From Thermoflexales bacterium (GTDB taxonomy: Bacteria > Chloroflexota > Anaerolineae > B4-G1 > DUEL01): a stretch of DNA of 32,925 nt. A program made the position numbers and the translations under genes. The stretch lies in contig JBBIKR010000020.1 of assembly GCA_037445395.1 (NCBI GenBank), positions 16,098 through 49,022 of the forward strand. Direction: 5' to 3'. This document shows, in pieces, positions 17,291 through 25,501 of this stretch. Position 1 is the first letter of the stretch. The number at the start of each line of letters is the position of its first letter. The notes below the pieces were generated by a model. It ran no database searches, had not been told where the DNA came from, and worked only from the letters and a program-made list of their open reading frames with translations.

Positions 17291-18325
17291 ATGGGGACAG
17301 CGAACGGCCGGAGTCCACCGCCGGACGCCGCCCACTACCCTCCATCCCGGAGACAATCGGTGTCATCGTTGCCGTTTTTCCACCCGATCCAGGACGACCT
17401 TCAGCGAGCAGAGGGCCTCTTGCAGGAACCGGCGCCGGACCAGCATCCGGCGATTACCGGTGCGGTGGAACTTCTGCTGGGAAGCGGCGGCAAACGGCTG
17501 CGCCCCGCTCTGGTCTTCCTGTCGGCCCGCCTGTGCGGGGCGGACCCCGATGTGGCGCTCCTCGCCGCCGCTGGCGTGGAGATGCTCCACACCGCCACCC
17601 TGGTCCACGACGACCTCATTGACGGCTCTCTGATGCGCCGGGGCGCGGAGACCCTCAACGCCCGCTGGTCTCCGGCGGCCACCGTCCTCACCGGCGATTA
17701 CCTCTTCGCCCGTGCCGCCTACTGGGTTGCCCGGACCGAAAATCCCCGCCTGGTGCAGCGGTTTGCCGAGACCCTGATGGTCATCTGCAACGGAGAAATC
17801 CGGCAGATGTTTGACGGGCGGGGGAAAGTGCCCTCCTTCCAGGAGTACGAACAGCGCATCTACGCCAAAACCGCCTCTCTGATCGCCCTCTCCGCGGAGT
17901 CGGGAGCCATCCTGGCCCATGCTGACGAAGCCGCCACCGCTGCCATGCGAACTTACGGTGAGCGGCTGGGTCTGGCTTTCCAGGTCGTGGATGACATTCT
18001 GGATTTCGTCGCCGACGAGCGGACCCTGGGCAAGCCGGTCGGCAGCGACCTCCGTCAGGGATTGGTCACGTTGCCCGTCATGCTCTTCCTGGAACAAAGC
18101 GGCGACCACCCGGCCCTCCGCCGTATCCTCAACCACGGCTCATCCGACCCGACGGTGCAGGAAGCGGTCCAGGCCATTGCGGCCTCCCCGGCCATTGAAC
18201 GCTCCCTCCAGGTCGCCCGCGAGTACATCCGGGAAGCGAAAGAGGCCCTGCAACCCTTCCCGTCCTCCGAATACCGGACTGCCCTCCTGGACCTGGCCGA
18301 CTTCGTCGTCCAGAGAAAGTTCTGA
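17291..18325 (+). CDS. polyprenyl diphosphate synthase (long-chain trans-prenyltransferase)
   Basis: First Asp-rich motif LHTATLVHDDLIDGSLMRRG and second motif FQVVDDILDF. An alternative GTG start at 17360 has GGAGA upstream. Confidence 0.88.
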   Translation: MGTANGRSPPPDAAHYPPSRRQSVSSLPFFHPIQDDLQRAEGLLQEPAPDQHPAITGAVELLLGSGGKRLRPALVFLSARLCGADPDVALLAAAGVEMLHTATLVHDDLIDGSLMRRGAETLNARWSPAATVLTGDYLFARAAYWVARTENPRLVQRFAETLMVICNGEIRQMFDGRGKVPSFQEYEQRIYAKTASLIALSAESGAILAHADEAATAAMRTYGERLGLAFQVVDDILDFVADERTLGKPVGSDLRQGLVTLPVMLFLEQSGDHPALRRILNHGSSDPTVQEAVQAIAASPAIERSLQVAREYIREAKEALQPFPSSEYRTALLDLADFVVQRKF

Positions 18326-19254
18326 TGGTGGACCTCTCCGTCATCATCGTCAACTGGAACGTCCGGGACCTTCTCCGGCGCTGTCTCCAATCCATTTTTG
18401 CAAACCTGCCCGCCTGCCGACTGGAAATCATCGTTGTGGACAATGCCTCCGGCGACGGGAGCGCAGAGATGGCGCGGACGGAGTTCCCCCAGGTCCGCCT
18501 GATCGCCAATCCCGACAACCGGGGCTTTCCGGCGGCCAACAACCAGGGGCTGGCAGTCGCCCGGGGCCGCTACGTCCTGCTCCTGAACCCGGATACCGAA
18601 GTCCTGAGCGACGCTCTGGAGACCATGGTCGCCTTCGCCGATACCCACCCCGACGTCGGCGTGGTCGGCCCGCAACTGCTGAATCCTGACGGGACGGTGC
18701 AGTCCTCCCGCCGCCGCTTCCCCACCCTGGCGACGGCCCTCTTTGAGTCCACCTGGCTTCAGCCCTACGCCCCGCGCCGTCTGCTGGAGCGCTACTACGT
18801 CCTGGACCGCCCCGACGACCAGGTACAGGATGTGGACTGGGTAACTGGCGCGGCGCTGATGGCCCGGCGGGAGGCAGTGGAGCAGGTGGGGCCGCTGGAT
18901 GAGGGGTTCTTTATGTACTGCGAGGAACTGGACTGGTGCCGCCGGTTTCGGGAGGCTGGCTGGCGGGTGGTCTATCTGCCCACGGCGCGCATCGTCCACC
19001 ACGTCGGGAAGAGCAGCGAGCAGGTGTTACCCGCCCGGCACATCCACTTTCAGACCAGCAAGGTGCGCTATTTCCGCAAGTACCACGGCCCGGTCGCGGC
19101 GGAACTTCTGCGCTGGGTTTTGCTGGGCAACTACCTCTGGCAGATAGGACTGGAGGGAGTCAAGTGGCTTTTGGGCCACAAGCGGCCCCTGCGGGCCGGA
19201 CGAATCGCCGCCTACGGGCAGGTGGTGCGCAGCGGTCTACGTGTACGGAGATAA
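18325..19254 (+). CDS. family 2 glycosyltransferase
   Basis: LSVIIVNWNVRDLLRRCL..., VVDNASGDGS, NRGFPAANNQG, LLNPDT (DxD-like). The start overlaps the previous stop (ATGA-type junction at 18325). Confidence 0.88.
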   Translation: MVDLSVIIVNWNVRDLLRRCLQSIFANLPACRLEIIVVDNASGDGSAEMARTEFPQVRLIANPDNRGFPAANNQGLAVARGRYVLLLNPDTEVLSDALETMVAFADTHPDVGVVGPQLLNPDGTVQSSRRRFPTLATALFESTWLQPYAPRRLLERYYVLDRPDDQVQDVDWVTGAALMARREAVEQVGPLDEGFFMYCEELDWCRRFREAGWRVVYLPTARIVHHVGKSSEQVLPARHIHFQTSKVRYFRKYHGPVAAELLRWVLLGNYLWQIGLEGVKWLLGHKRPLRAGRIAAYGQVVRSGLRVRR

Positions 19255-19257
19255 CCA

Positions 19258-20478
19258 GTGCGCATCGGCCTTATCACCGGCGAATTTCCCCCCGACCAGG
19301 GCGGCGTAGGCGACTTCACTGCCTGCCTGGCGCGAAGCCTGTCCGAACTCGGCCACGACGTCCATATCGTCACGGGTCCCCCTCGCTCCGATGCGCCCTG
19401 TGACCTGCGCCCTGCGACCTGTACTGTCCACCGCGCCGTCCCCCACTGGCGCTGGGGCTGCTGGCGGGATGTGCTCCGGGTAGCCCGCGAGGCACGCCTG
19501 GATGTCCTGAACCTCCAGTACCAGGCCGCTGCCTACGGGATGCATCCGGCCATCCACTTCCTCCCCCGCCGCACCCGGCGTCCTCCGGTCGTGGTGACCT
19601 TCCACGACCTGCGGGTCCCCTACCTGTTCCCCAAAGCCGGCCCCCTGCGCCGCTGGGTCGTCTTCTTCCTGGCCCGTCGCGCCGACGGGGTCATTGCCAC
19701 CAACGAAGAGGACTTCCGCGCACTGGAAGAGACCGCGCATCCGGCCCGGCTGGCCCTCATCCCCATCGGTAGCAACATCCCGCCTGCCCCACCCCCGAAC
19801 TACGACCGGGATGCCGAACGGGCCCGCTGGGGTGTGGGACCGGACGACCTGCTCCTGGGCTACTTCGGCTTCCTGAACGAGAGCAAGGGTGGGGAAGAAC
19901 TGATCCGCGCCCTGGCATTGCTGGTGGAAGGGGGAATTCCGGCCCATCTCTTAATGGTCGGTGGGCCGGTGGGCACCTCCGACCCCACCAACCGGGCCTA
20001 CGCCGAGCGGGTCAGGGCGCTGATCGCCGAACTGGGACTGGCAGACCGGGTCCACTGGACCGGGTATACCGACCCGCCGTCGGTCTCGGCAGGCCTGCTG
20101 GCCACCGACATCTGCGTCCTCCCCTATCGGGACGGCGTCTCCTTCCGCCGGGGGACGCTCCATGCCTGTCTGGCCCACGGGCGGGCCATCGTCACCACCT
20201 GGCCAGCCCTGCCGCTGCCAGAGGTGCGGGACAGGGAGAACATGCGGCTGGTGCCGCCCCGCGACCCGCGCGCGCTGGCGGCCGCGGTGGTGGAAATCCA
20301 CCGGAACCCGGACCTGCGGGTACGCCTGGAGCGGGGTGCGCAGGCCCTCGCCGCCGAATTCTCCTGGGAGCGTATTGCCCGCCGAACAGCATCGTTCCTG
20401 GAACAAATTCTCACGGAGCACGAACCACGGAATCCGCACTACGCCATACGGAATACGCCACACGGGGGTACCCAATGA
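19258..20478 (+). CDS. family 4 (GT-B) glycosyltransferase
   Basis: MRIGLITGEFPPDQGGVGDFT... N-terminus. The C-terminal half has ...LPYRDGVSFRRGTLHACLAHGRAIVTT.... GTG start with GGAG 7 nt upstream. The last ~15 codons are encoded by a heptamer repeat. Confidence 0.85.
   Translation: MRIGLITGEFPPDQGGVGDFTACLARSLSELGHDVHIVTGPPRSDAPCDLRPATCTVHRAVPHWRWGCWRDVLRVAREARLDVLNLQYQAAAYGMHPAIHFLPRRTRRPPVVVTFHDLRVPYLFPKAGPLRRWVVFFLARRADGVIATNEEDFRALEETAHPARLALIPIGSNIPPAPPPNYDRDAERARWGVGPDDLLLGYFGFLNESKGGEELIRALALLVEGGIPAHLLMVGGPVGTSDPTNRAYAERVRALIAELGLADRVHWTGYTDPPSVSAGLLATDICVLPYRDGVSFRRGTLHACLAHGRAIVTTWPALPLPEVRDRENMRLVPPRDPRALAAAVVEIHRNPDLRVRLERGAQALAAEFSWERIARRTASFLEQILTEHEPRNPHYAIRNTPHGGTQ
20425..20466. 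repeat. Heptamer tandem repeat (NNACGNN x6) forming the 3' end of the GT4 gene
   Basis: ccacgga atccgca ctacgcc atacgga atacgcc acacggg. Same family as 4510-4544, 26853-26880 and 32046-32080. Confidence 0.7.
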
Positions 20479-22718
20479 CCCGCACTCCCATCCCTTCATC
20501 CCCATTGCCCCGGCGCTTTCTCTGGCCGGTCCTCGTCCTCTACCTAGTCCTGGCCCTCCTCCACAGCGCGGTGAACCCTCTTTTTGAATCCTCCGACGAG
20601 ATGTGGCACATCGGTATGGCGGTCCGCCTGGCGCGGGGCGAGGGCCTGCCGGTCCAGCACCCCGGCGAAGAGACTCCCTGGCGGCAGGAAGGGAGCCAGC
20701 CGCCCCTTTATTATGCCTTTCTGGCCGGACTCACCCGTCTATCAGGCCTGCCCCTGAGCGACTTTGAAAGCATCTACTTTCCAAATCCCCACGCCTGCCT
20801 TGGGGATGCCTCCTGTATTGCGGCGCGAAATCACGTGCTACATCACCCTCAAGAAGCCTTCCCCTGGCGCGGGGCCGTCCTCACCCTCCACCTCTGGCGC
20901 CTGGTCTCCGTCCTCCTGGGCCTTCTGACCGTACTGACAACGGCGAACGCTGTCCACCTCCTCTTCCCTCACCGCCCCGGTTGGGCTCTGGGGAGCGGCC
21001 TGCTGGTAGCCGTCAACCCGATGTTCCTCTTCATTGCCGCCTCAGTGAACAACGACAATCTGGTCAACGCGGCCACCGCGACGGGCCTCTGGCTCCTGGC
21101 CCTCCGCCTCCGGCGGGGCTTCTCCTGGCCGCGCGCCGTTCTCCTGGGCCTGACCCTGGGTGCGGCCGCGCTGGCCAAACTCAGCGGTCTCACCCTCTGG
21201 CCCCCGGCCCTCCTCTTCCTCCTGGGCGTCGCGTGGCAGGAACGGCGGTGGCGGCGCGGGCTTCTGGAGACGGCCGTCGTCTTCGCCATCGCCCTGGCCC
21301 TCTGCGGCTGGTGGTTCTGGCGCAACTGGACCCTTTACCGCGACCCCTTCGGCCTCCCGGTCATGCTGGACATCGTCGGGCGGCGGTCGGCCACCATCGC
21401 CGATCTCCTGCGGGAGTTCCAGGGCTTCCGCTACTCCTTCTGGGGCGTCTTCGGCGGGATGAACGTCCTGATGCCCGAATGGACCTACGTCCTTCTGGAC
21501 CTGTGGACGGCTCTCTGTGCCCTGGGTCTTCTTCTGGCCGTGGGACGGGCCGCCCATGAGGCCGCGCGCACCCGCCGCTGGGGAACAGAGTGGCTCCTGG
21601 GGCTATGGCTGCTGGCCTACGTCGCCGTCCTCTTCATTGCCTTCCTGCGCTGGACAGCGCAGACCCCGGCCTCTCAGGGGCGGCTGATGTTCCCCGCCAT
21701 CGGCCCCATCTCCCTGGGGCTATGGGTAGGTTGGGAGCAGATCGCGCGGTCCTCACCCCTCCCCCGCCGCCTGCGGCGGTTAGGAGGAGGGGTGAGGCTC
21801 CTCCCCGCCATCTTCCTGGCCGCGCTGGCCCTGCTGGCGCCCGTCCTCTGGATCGCCCCGGCCTACCGCCCTCCCGATCTGCCCATCCCGGCGGAAATCC
21901 CCAACCCCCTGAAGGCAACCTTCGGCGACGAGTTCCGCCTGCTGGGGTACGACCTTCACCCGTCCGCGCTGGAGCCGGGGGACACCGTAAACCTGGTCCT
22001 CTACCTGGAAACCCTCCGGCCCCCGACGCGGGACTGGAGCCTTTTCGTCCATCTGGTAGACGACCTGGAGATCATCCTGGCCCAGGACGACCGCTACCCC
22101 CGTCAGGGGCTGGTCCGGGCGACCCAATTGCGGGCAGGGGAGCGCTGGGCGGAGATCGTCCGGCTGCGGGTCCCGGAGACGGCCGTCGCTCCGGCGCGCC
22201 TGACCCTGATGGCAGGCTTCTACGACCTGCGCACGGGAGAGCGGATGCCGGTGGCGGGGCAGGCGGATAGCCTGCGCTTCGTTTCTTTCGGAGAACTGGC
22301 GCTCCGGCCCCACCCCGGCCCGTATCCCAACCCCGTCTCCTATCGCTTCGGCGACCGGATAGAACTGGTGGGGTACGAAATGGCCCCCCGACGAGTGCGC
22401 CCCGGCGAAACGGTGGTGCTGACGCTGTACTGGAAATCCCTCGGCCCCACGGAGCACGACTACACCGTCTTCACCCACATCCTGGAGCCGCCGCAGACCA
22501 TCTGGGGGCAGGAGGACCGTCCGCCGACCCCGCCCACCTCTCAATGGCGGCGCGGGGAAGTGTATCGGGAAACTTACCATCTGACCGTCAAACCGGAAAC
22601 CCCTGGCGGCTTCTACGAAGTGGAGATCGGCCTCTATCGCCCCGATACCGGCGAGCGTCTGCGCCGGGATGACGGACAGAACTTCTTGCTCCTGAGCCGT
22701 ATTCGGGTGGACCGATGA
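20475..22718 (+). CDS. polytopic GT39/ArnT-like (GT-C) glycosyltransferase with duplicated C-terminal soluble domain
   Basis: 747 aa. Many TM helices, with the early loop NPLFESSDEMWH. The C-terminus has two related modules: FGDEFRLLGYDLHPSALEPGDTVNLVLYLETL... and FGDRIELVGYEMAPRRVRPGETVVLTLYWKSL.... The ATGA overlaps the GT4 stop. Confidence 0.8.
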   Translation: MTRTPIPSSPLPRRFLWPVLVLYLVLALLHSAVNPLFESSDEMWHIGMAVRLARGEGLPVQHPGEETPWRQEGSQPPLYYAFLAGLTRLSGLPLSDFESIYFPNPHACLGDASCIAARNHVLHHPQEAFPWRGAVLTLHLWRLVSVLLGLLTVLTTANAVHLLFPHRPGWALGSGLLVAVNPMFLFIAASVNNDNLVNAATATGLWLLALRLRRGFSWPRAVLLGLTLGAAALAKLSGLTLWPPALLFLLGVAWQERRWRRGLLETAVVFAIALALCGWWFWRNWTLYRDPFGLPVMLDIVGRRSATIADLLREFQGFRYSFWGVFGGMNVLMPEWTYVLLDLWTALCALGLLLAVGRAAHEAARTRRWGTEWLLGLWLLAYVAVLFIAFLRWTAQTPASQGRLMFPAIGPISLGLWVGWEQIARSSPLPRRLRRLGGGVRLLPAIFLAALALLAPVLWIAPAYRPPDLPIPAEIPNPLKATFGDEFRLLGYDLHPSALEPGDTVNLVLYLETLRPPTRDWSLFVHLVDDLEIILAQDDRYPRQGLVRATQLRAGERWAEIVRLRVPETAVAPARLTLMAGFYDLRTGERMPVAGQADSLRFVSFGELALRPHPGPYPNPVSYRFGDRIELVGYEMAPRRVRPGETVVLTLYWKSLGPTEHDYTVFTHILEPPQTIWGQEDRPPTPPTSQWRRGEVYRETYHLTVKPETPGGFYEVEIGLYRPDTGERLRRDDGQNFLLLSRIRVDR
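21751..21797. repeat. REP-like palindrome embedded in the GT39-like coding region
   Basis: cctcacccctcc (21751-21762) pairs with ggaggggtgagg (21786-21797) as a perfect 12-bp stem enclosing a ccgcc-tgc-ggcgg hairpin. The first 29 nt are identical to intergenic 31266-31294. Confidence 0.75.
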
Positions 22719-22751
22719 TTACGGGACGCGGATGAACGCAGTGGGCTCCAG

Positions 22752-22799
22752 AAAAAGGGGCTGGAGCGGCGGCCCGGGCCGCCGCTCCAGCCCTTTTTT
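22752..22799. terminator. bidirectional intrinsic terminator between convergent genes
   Basis: aaaaa-gggctggagcggcggcc/ggccgccgctccagccc-tttttt: a 17-bp perfect GC-rich stem flanked by an A5 and a T6 run. It lies between the GT39-like stop (22718) and the ferredoxin stop (22826). Confidence 0.85.
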
Positions 22800-22825
22800 G
22801 TGAGCCTCCAGGGGTGCTGGTCGGC

Positions 22826-23227
22826 CTACGGTGTGGGCGTGGGCATCTCCACCAGAGCCAGCGCGTCCGCGGGGCACTCCTTCACACACTGCCCGCAGGC
22901 CACGCACTTGAACGGCTCCAGCAGGTCCGGATGGTAGAACATCGCCAGGTACGGGCAGAAGCCGACGCAAGAGAGGCACCCCACACAGAGTTGCTTGCGC
23001 AACCGGACAATGCCCTGCTTATCCCGATACAGGGCCTGGGTCGGGCAGACGGCGATGCATTCGCCGCACTGGATACAGAACGTGGCCTGCAGAGGACCCG
23101 AACCCTCATCCCGAATCACGATGCTGGACTTCGCCGCGTCGGGGGTCTTGAACCAGGTCTCCGCGCAGACCTCCTCACAGATATGGCAGCCAACGCAGAG
23201 TTCGGCATTATAGGAGAGGACTTTCAT
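22826..23227 (-). CDS. 4Fe-4S dicluster ferredoxin-type protein
   Basis: 133 aa from MKVLSYNAELCVGCHICEEVC.... Several CxxCxxC(xxxCP) motifs: CIQCGECIAVCP, CVGCLSCVGFCP, CVACGQCVKECP. GAGGAG RBS. The ORF track's upstream extension to 24100 runs through repeats and the antisense strand of yceD. Confidence 0.88.
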   Translation of the reverse strand: MKVLSYNAELCVGCHICEEVCAETWFKTPDAAKSSIVIRDEGSGPLQATFCIQCGECIAVCPTQALYRDKQGIVRLRKQLCVGCLSCVGFCPYLAMFYHPDLLEPFKCVACGQCVKECPADALALVEMPTPTP

Positions 23228-23270
23228 GGCTGTTCTCCTCGCGCAGATGGGACTGTTCCGGTGCAACCGT

Positions 23271-23299
23271 ATATTACCAGAAAATGCCCCAACGGGCAA
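23271..23299 (-). promoter_or_regulatory. sigma-70-type promoter for the ferredoxin gene (TTGCCC-17-TAATAT on minus strand)
   Basis: Plus-strand gggcaa at 23294-23299 and atatta at 23271-23276, about 44 nt upstream of the start codon. Confidence 0.45.
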
Positions 23300-23334
23300 A
23301 CCGAGCAGATTGAGGCCTGTGTACCCAATCCCCT

Positions 23335-23434
23335 GGGGGAAGCGTCGCGCCCATAAGGGGAGGGTACGGGTTTTGCGGGCGGGCTGCGCTTGCCCGCAAA
23401 ACCCCAACCCCTTTCCAGCCCACTGGGGGCGAAT
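23335..23434 (+). repeat. about 100-nt hairpin element (GGGTTTTGC-GGCGGGCTGCGC-GCAAAACCCC core), copy 1
   Basis: Core at 23368-23405: gggttttgcgggcgggctgcgcttgcccgcaaaacccc. Flanks (ggggaagcgtcgcgcccat...ggggag... / ...ctgggggcgaat) match copy 2 at 25325-25422 in the same orientation. Confidence 0.8.
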
Positions 23435-23468
23435 TGTCGCAAAAACCCAAAACTGGCGCCAAAAACCC

Positions 23469-23497
23469 TTGACGAAAGCCTTCTTTTCTGTTATAAT
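23469..23497 (+). promoter_or_regulatory. near-consensus sigma-70 promoter (TTGACG-17-TATAAT)
   Basis: -35 at 23469-23474 and -10 at 23492-23497, with a 17-nt AT-rich spacer. Located 127 nt upstream of the yceD ATG. Confidence 0.7.
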
Positions 23498-23534
23498 ATG
23501 TGTAAATCCAGCACAAAAGGCGGTTGAACGATTC

Positions 23535-23623
23535 AGTACCAGGCACTTTCCCGATGGATTCAGCGACTTCTTTTTCCTGAGACCGACATGGCCTGAGGAA
23601 GTGCCTGGTACTTTTGTGTTTCT
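23535..23623 (+). ncRNA. structured leader or small RNA: 14-bp perfect helix closing a ~50-nt insert, followed by a U-rich tract abutting the yceD start
   Basis: agtaccaggcactt (23535-23548) pairs with aagtgcctggtact (23599-23612), then tttgtgtttct (23613-23623), then ATG 23624. No purine-rich SD lies between the helix and the ATG. Confidence 0.4.
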
Positions 23624-24121
23624 ATGGTTCAGATAGACCTTTCCCCGCTCATCGGGGCGCGTCCGGGTGAGCGCCTCTCCTTCACTCTGGATGAAGGCCC
23701 TCATCATCTGGATGACATCTCGGTGGCCTTCCTCCGTGGCCCCATTCAGTTCACTCGCGTCCAGGGCGGTATTCTGGTGGAAACCCGGATAGAAACCCGC
23801 GTGGAGATAGAATGCGTCCGGTGCCTGGAACCATTTCCCTATGACACCGTCCTGGAGGTAGAGGAGACCATCGGTCTGAGTGGACGGCCACGCCCCGGCA
23901 TTTCGTACACCCTGACCGAAGAGGGATGGTTTGACCCCCTGCCCTTGCTGCGAGAGCAAATCTGGGTCAATCTCCCGATGAAACCGCTGTGCCGCCCGGA
24001 CTGCAAGGGCATCTGCCCGGAGTGCGGAGCAAATCTGAACCTGGAACCCTGCCGCTGTGGAGAAGAGAGAGTAGACCCCCGACTGGCTCCCCTGGCTCAA
24101 TTTCTCGGGAATCAGAAGTAG
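23624..24121 (+). CDS. yceD: YceD/DUF177 family protein
   Basis: 165 aa with the family's C-terminal cysteine cluster, [23 protein letters not shown], followed by DPRLAPL. Confidence 0.85.
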   Translation: MVQIDLSPLIGARPGERLSFTLDEGPHHLDDISVAFLRGPIQFTRVQGGILVETRIETRVEIECVRCLEPFPYDTVLEVEETIGLSGRPRPGISYTLTEEGWFDPLPLLREQIWVNLPMKPLCRPDCKGICPECGANLNLEPCRCGEERVDPRLAPLAQFLGNQK

Positions 24122-24140
24122 GGATCAGGGAGTAAGGATT

Positions 24141-25271
24141 ATGGATATACTGGAAGAACTGCTGGAGAAAGCGGAAGCCCAGGGGTATCTGACGACCAGC
24201 GATATTCTGGACCTGCTGCCGGAGGCCGACTGCTCCCCGGAGCAACTGGATGAAATCATCGCGCTGTTGAGCGAAGCGGGCATTGAGGTATATGACGAGT
24301 TACCTGCCGCAGAGGCGGAAGACCCGACCGAACTGGCCGAGGTAAACCTGGATGACCTGAGTGGAATTGCGGCGGACGACGCGGTGGGTCTCTACCTTCG
24401 GGAAATGGCCCGGGTGCCGTTGCTCTCACTGGAAGAAGAGTCTCGTCTGGCGCACATCATTGAATTGGGGCGCCAGGCGGAGCGAGTGCTGGCGAACAAT
24501 GGGACCGACCCGGTGGAGCGGGCCCGACTGGAAGCGCTGGTGGAGGAGGCCCGGGCCGCGCGGGAACACCTGATCAAGGCCAACACCCGCCTGGTGGTCA
24601 GCATCGCCAAGAAGTACATCGGTCGTGGGGTCCCGTTTCTGGACCTGATTCAGGAAGGGAATCTTGGCCTGATGAAAGCGGTGGAGAAATTTGACTACCG
24701 GCGAGGTTATCGCTTCAGCACCTATGCGACCTGGTGGATTCGTCAAACGATCAGCCGGGCCGTGGCCGATCAGAGCCGGACCATCCGCGTCCCCGTCCAC
24801 ATGTCCGACCGCATCCGCCGTCTCTACAAGACGGCCCAGCAACTGGAGCAGGAGTACGGCCGTCCCCCTACCCCCGAAGAGATTGCCGCCGAACTGGATA
24901 TGGAACCGCGCAAGGTCCAGTGGATGCTCCGTGTCTCGTGGCGGCCGCTCAGCCTGGAGCACCCGGTGGGGGAAGAGGAAGATAACGAACTGGGGGCATT
25001 TATTGAGGACGATTCCACCCCTACCCCTCCCCAGAGTGCATATCAAAAGATGCTGGCGGAGAAGATAGAGGAGGTGCTATCCACGCTCAGCCCCCGGGAA
25101 GCCCGCATCCTGCGCCTCCGCTTTGGGCTGGGAGGAGGCCGCAGCCACACCCTGGAGGAAGTGGGGCAGAAATTCGGCCTGACGCGCGAGCGAATCCGCC
25201 AGATTGAGGGCAAGGCCCTCCGCCGGCTGCGTCACCCTCGCCGCAGCCGACAACTGCGGCAGTATCTGTAA
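24141..25271 (+). CDS. rpoD: RNA polymerase primary sigma factor
   Basis: 376 aa. Region 1.2 ([12 protein letters not shown]), region 2 ([16 protein letters not shown]...[37 protein letters not shown]), region 3, and region 4.2 ([29 protein letters not shown]). Confidence 0.96.
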   Translation: MDILEELLEKAEAQGYLTTSDILDLLPEADCSPEQLDEIIALLSEAGIEVYDELPAAEAEDPTELAEVNLDDLSGIAADDAVGLYLREMARVPLLSLEEESRLAHIIELGRQAERVLANNGTDPVERARLEALVEEARAAREHLIKANTRLVVSIAKKYIGRGVPFLDLIQEGNLGLMKAVEKFDYRRGYRFSTYATWWIRQTISRAVADQSRTIRVPVHMSDRIRRLYKTAQQLEQEYGRPPTPEEIAAELDMEPRKVQWMLRVSWRPLSLEHPVGEEEDNELGAFIEDDSTPTPPQSAYQKMLAEKIEEVLSTLSPREARILRLRFGLGGGRSHTLEEVGQKFGLTRERIRQIEGKALRRLRHPRRSRQLRQYL

Positions 25272-25283
25272 TCTGTCATTGAG

Positions 25284-25323
25284 AAGATGACGGTCGCCTC
25301 AAGGGCGACCGTCATCTTATTTC
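25284..25323 (+). terminator. intrinsic terminator after rpoD
   Basis: aagatgacggtcgcc (25284-25298) pairs with ggcgaccgtcatctt (25304-25318) as a 15-bp perfect stem, followed by atttcc. Confidence 0.7.
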
Positions 25324-25324
25324 C

Positions 25325-25422
25325 GGGGAGCGCCGCGCCCATCGGAGAGGACATGGGTTTTGCAGGCGGGCTGCGCCCGCCTGCAAAACCCCATACCTCT
25401 CCCTTGCCCCCAGGGGGCGAAT
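25325..25422 (+). repeat. about 100-nt hairpin element, copy 2
   Basis: Core at 25355-25392: gggttttgcaggcgggctgcgcccgcctgcaaaacccc (perfect hairpin). Flanks are shared with 23335-23434. Confidence 0.8.
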
Positions 25423-25451
25423 GGCTGTGCAAGCCCCACATAGCAAGCGGC

Positions 25452-25479
25452 TTGCAATTCCCATCAAACGCGGTAGAAT
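25452..25479 (+). promoter_or_regulatory. sigma-70-type promoter for folC (TTGCAA-16-TAGAAT)
   Basis: -35 at 25452-25457 and -10 at 25474-25479, 22 nt upstream of ATG 25502. Confidence 0.5.
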
Positions 25480-25501
25480 GGTTCTTTTGAAAGGGGAACC
25501 G

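Noticed and set aside
23228-24100. Upstream 291-codon extension of the ferredoxin ORF (ORF track 22826..24100)
   Set aside because: The extension reads through intergenic repeats and promoters and the antisense strand of yceD. The ferredoxin domain starts at MKVLSYN (23227), which has its own RBS.
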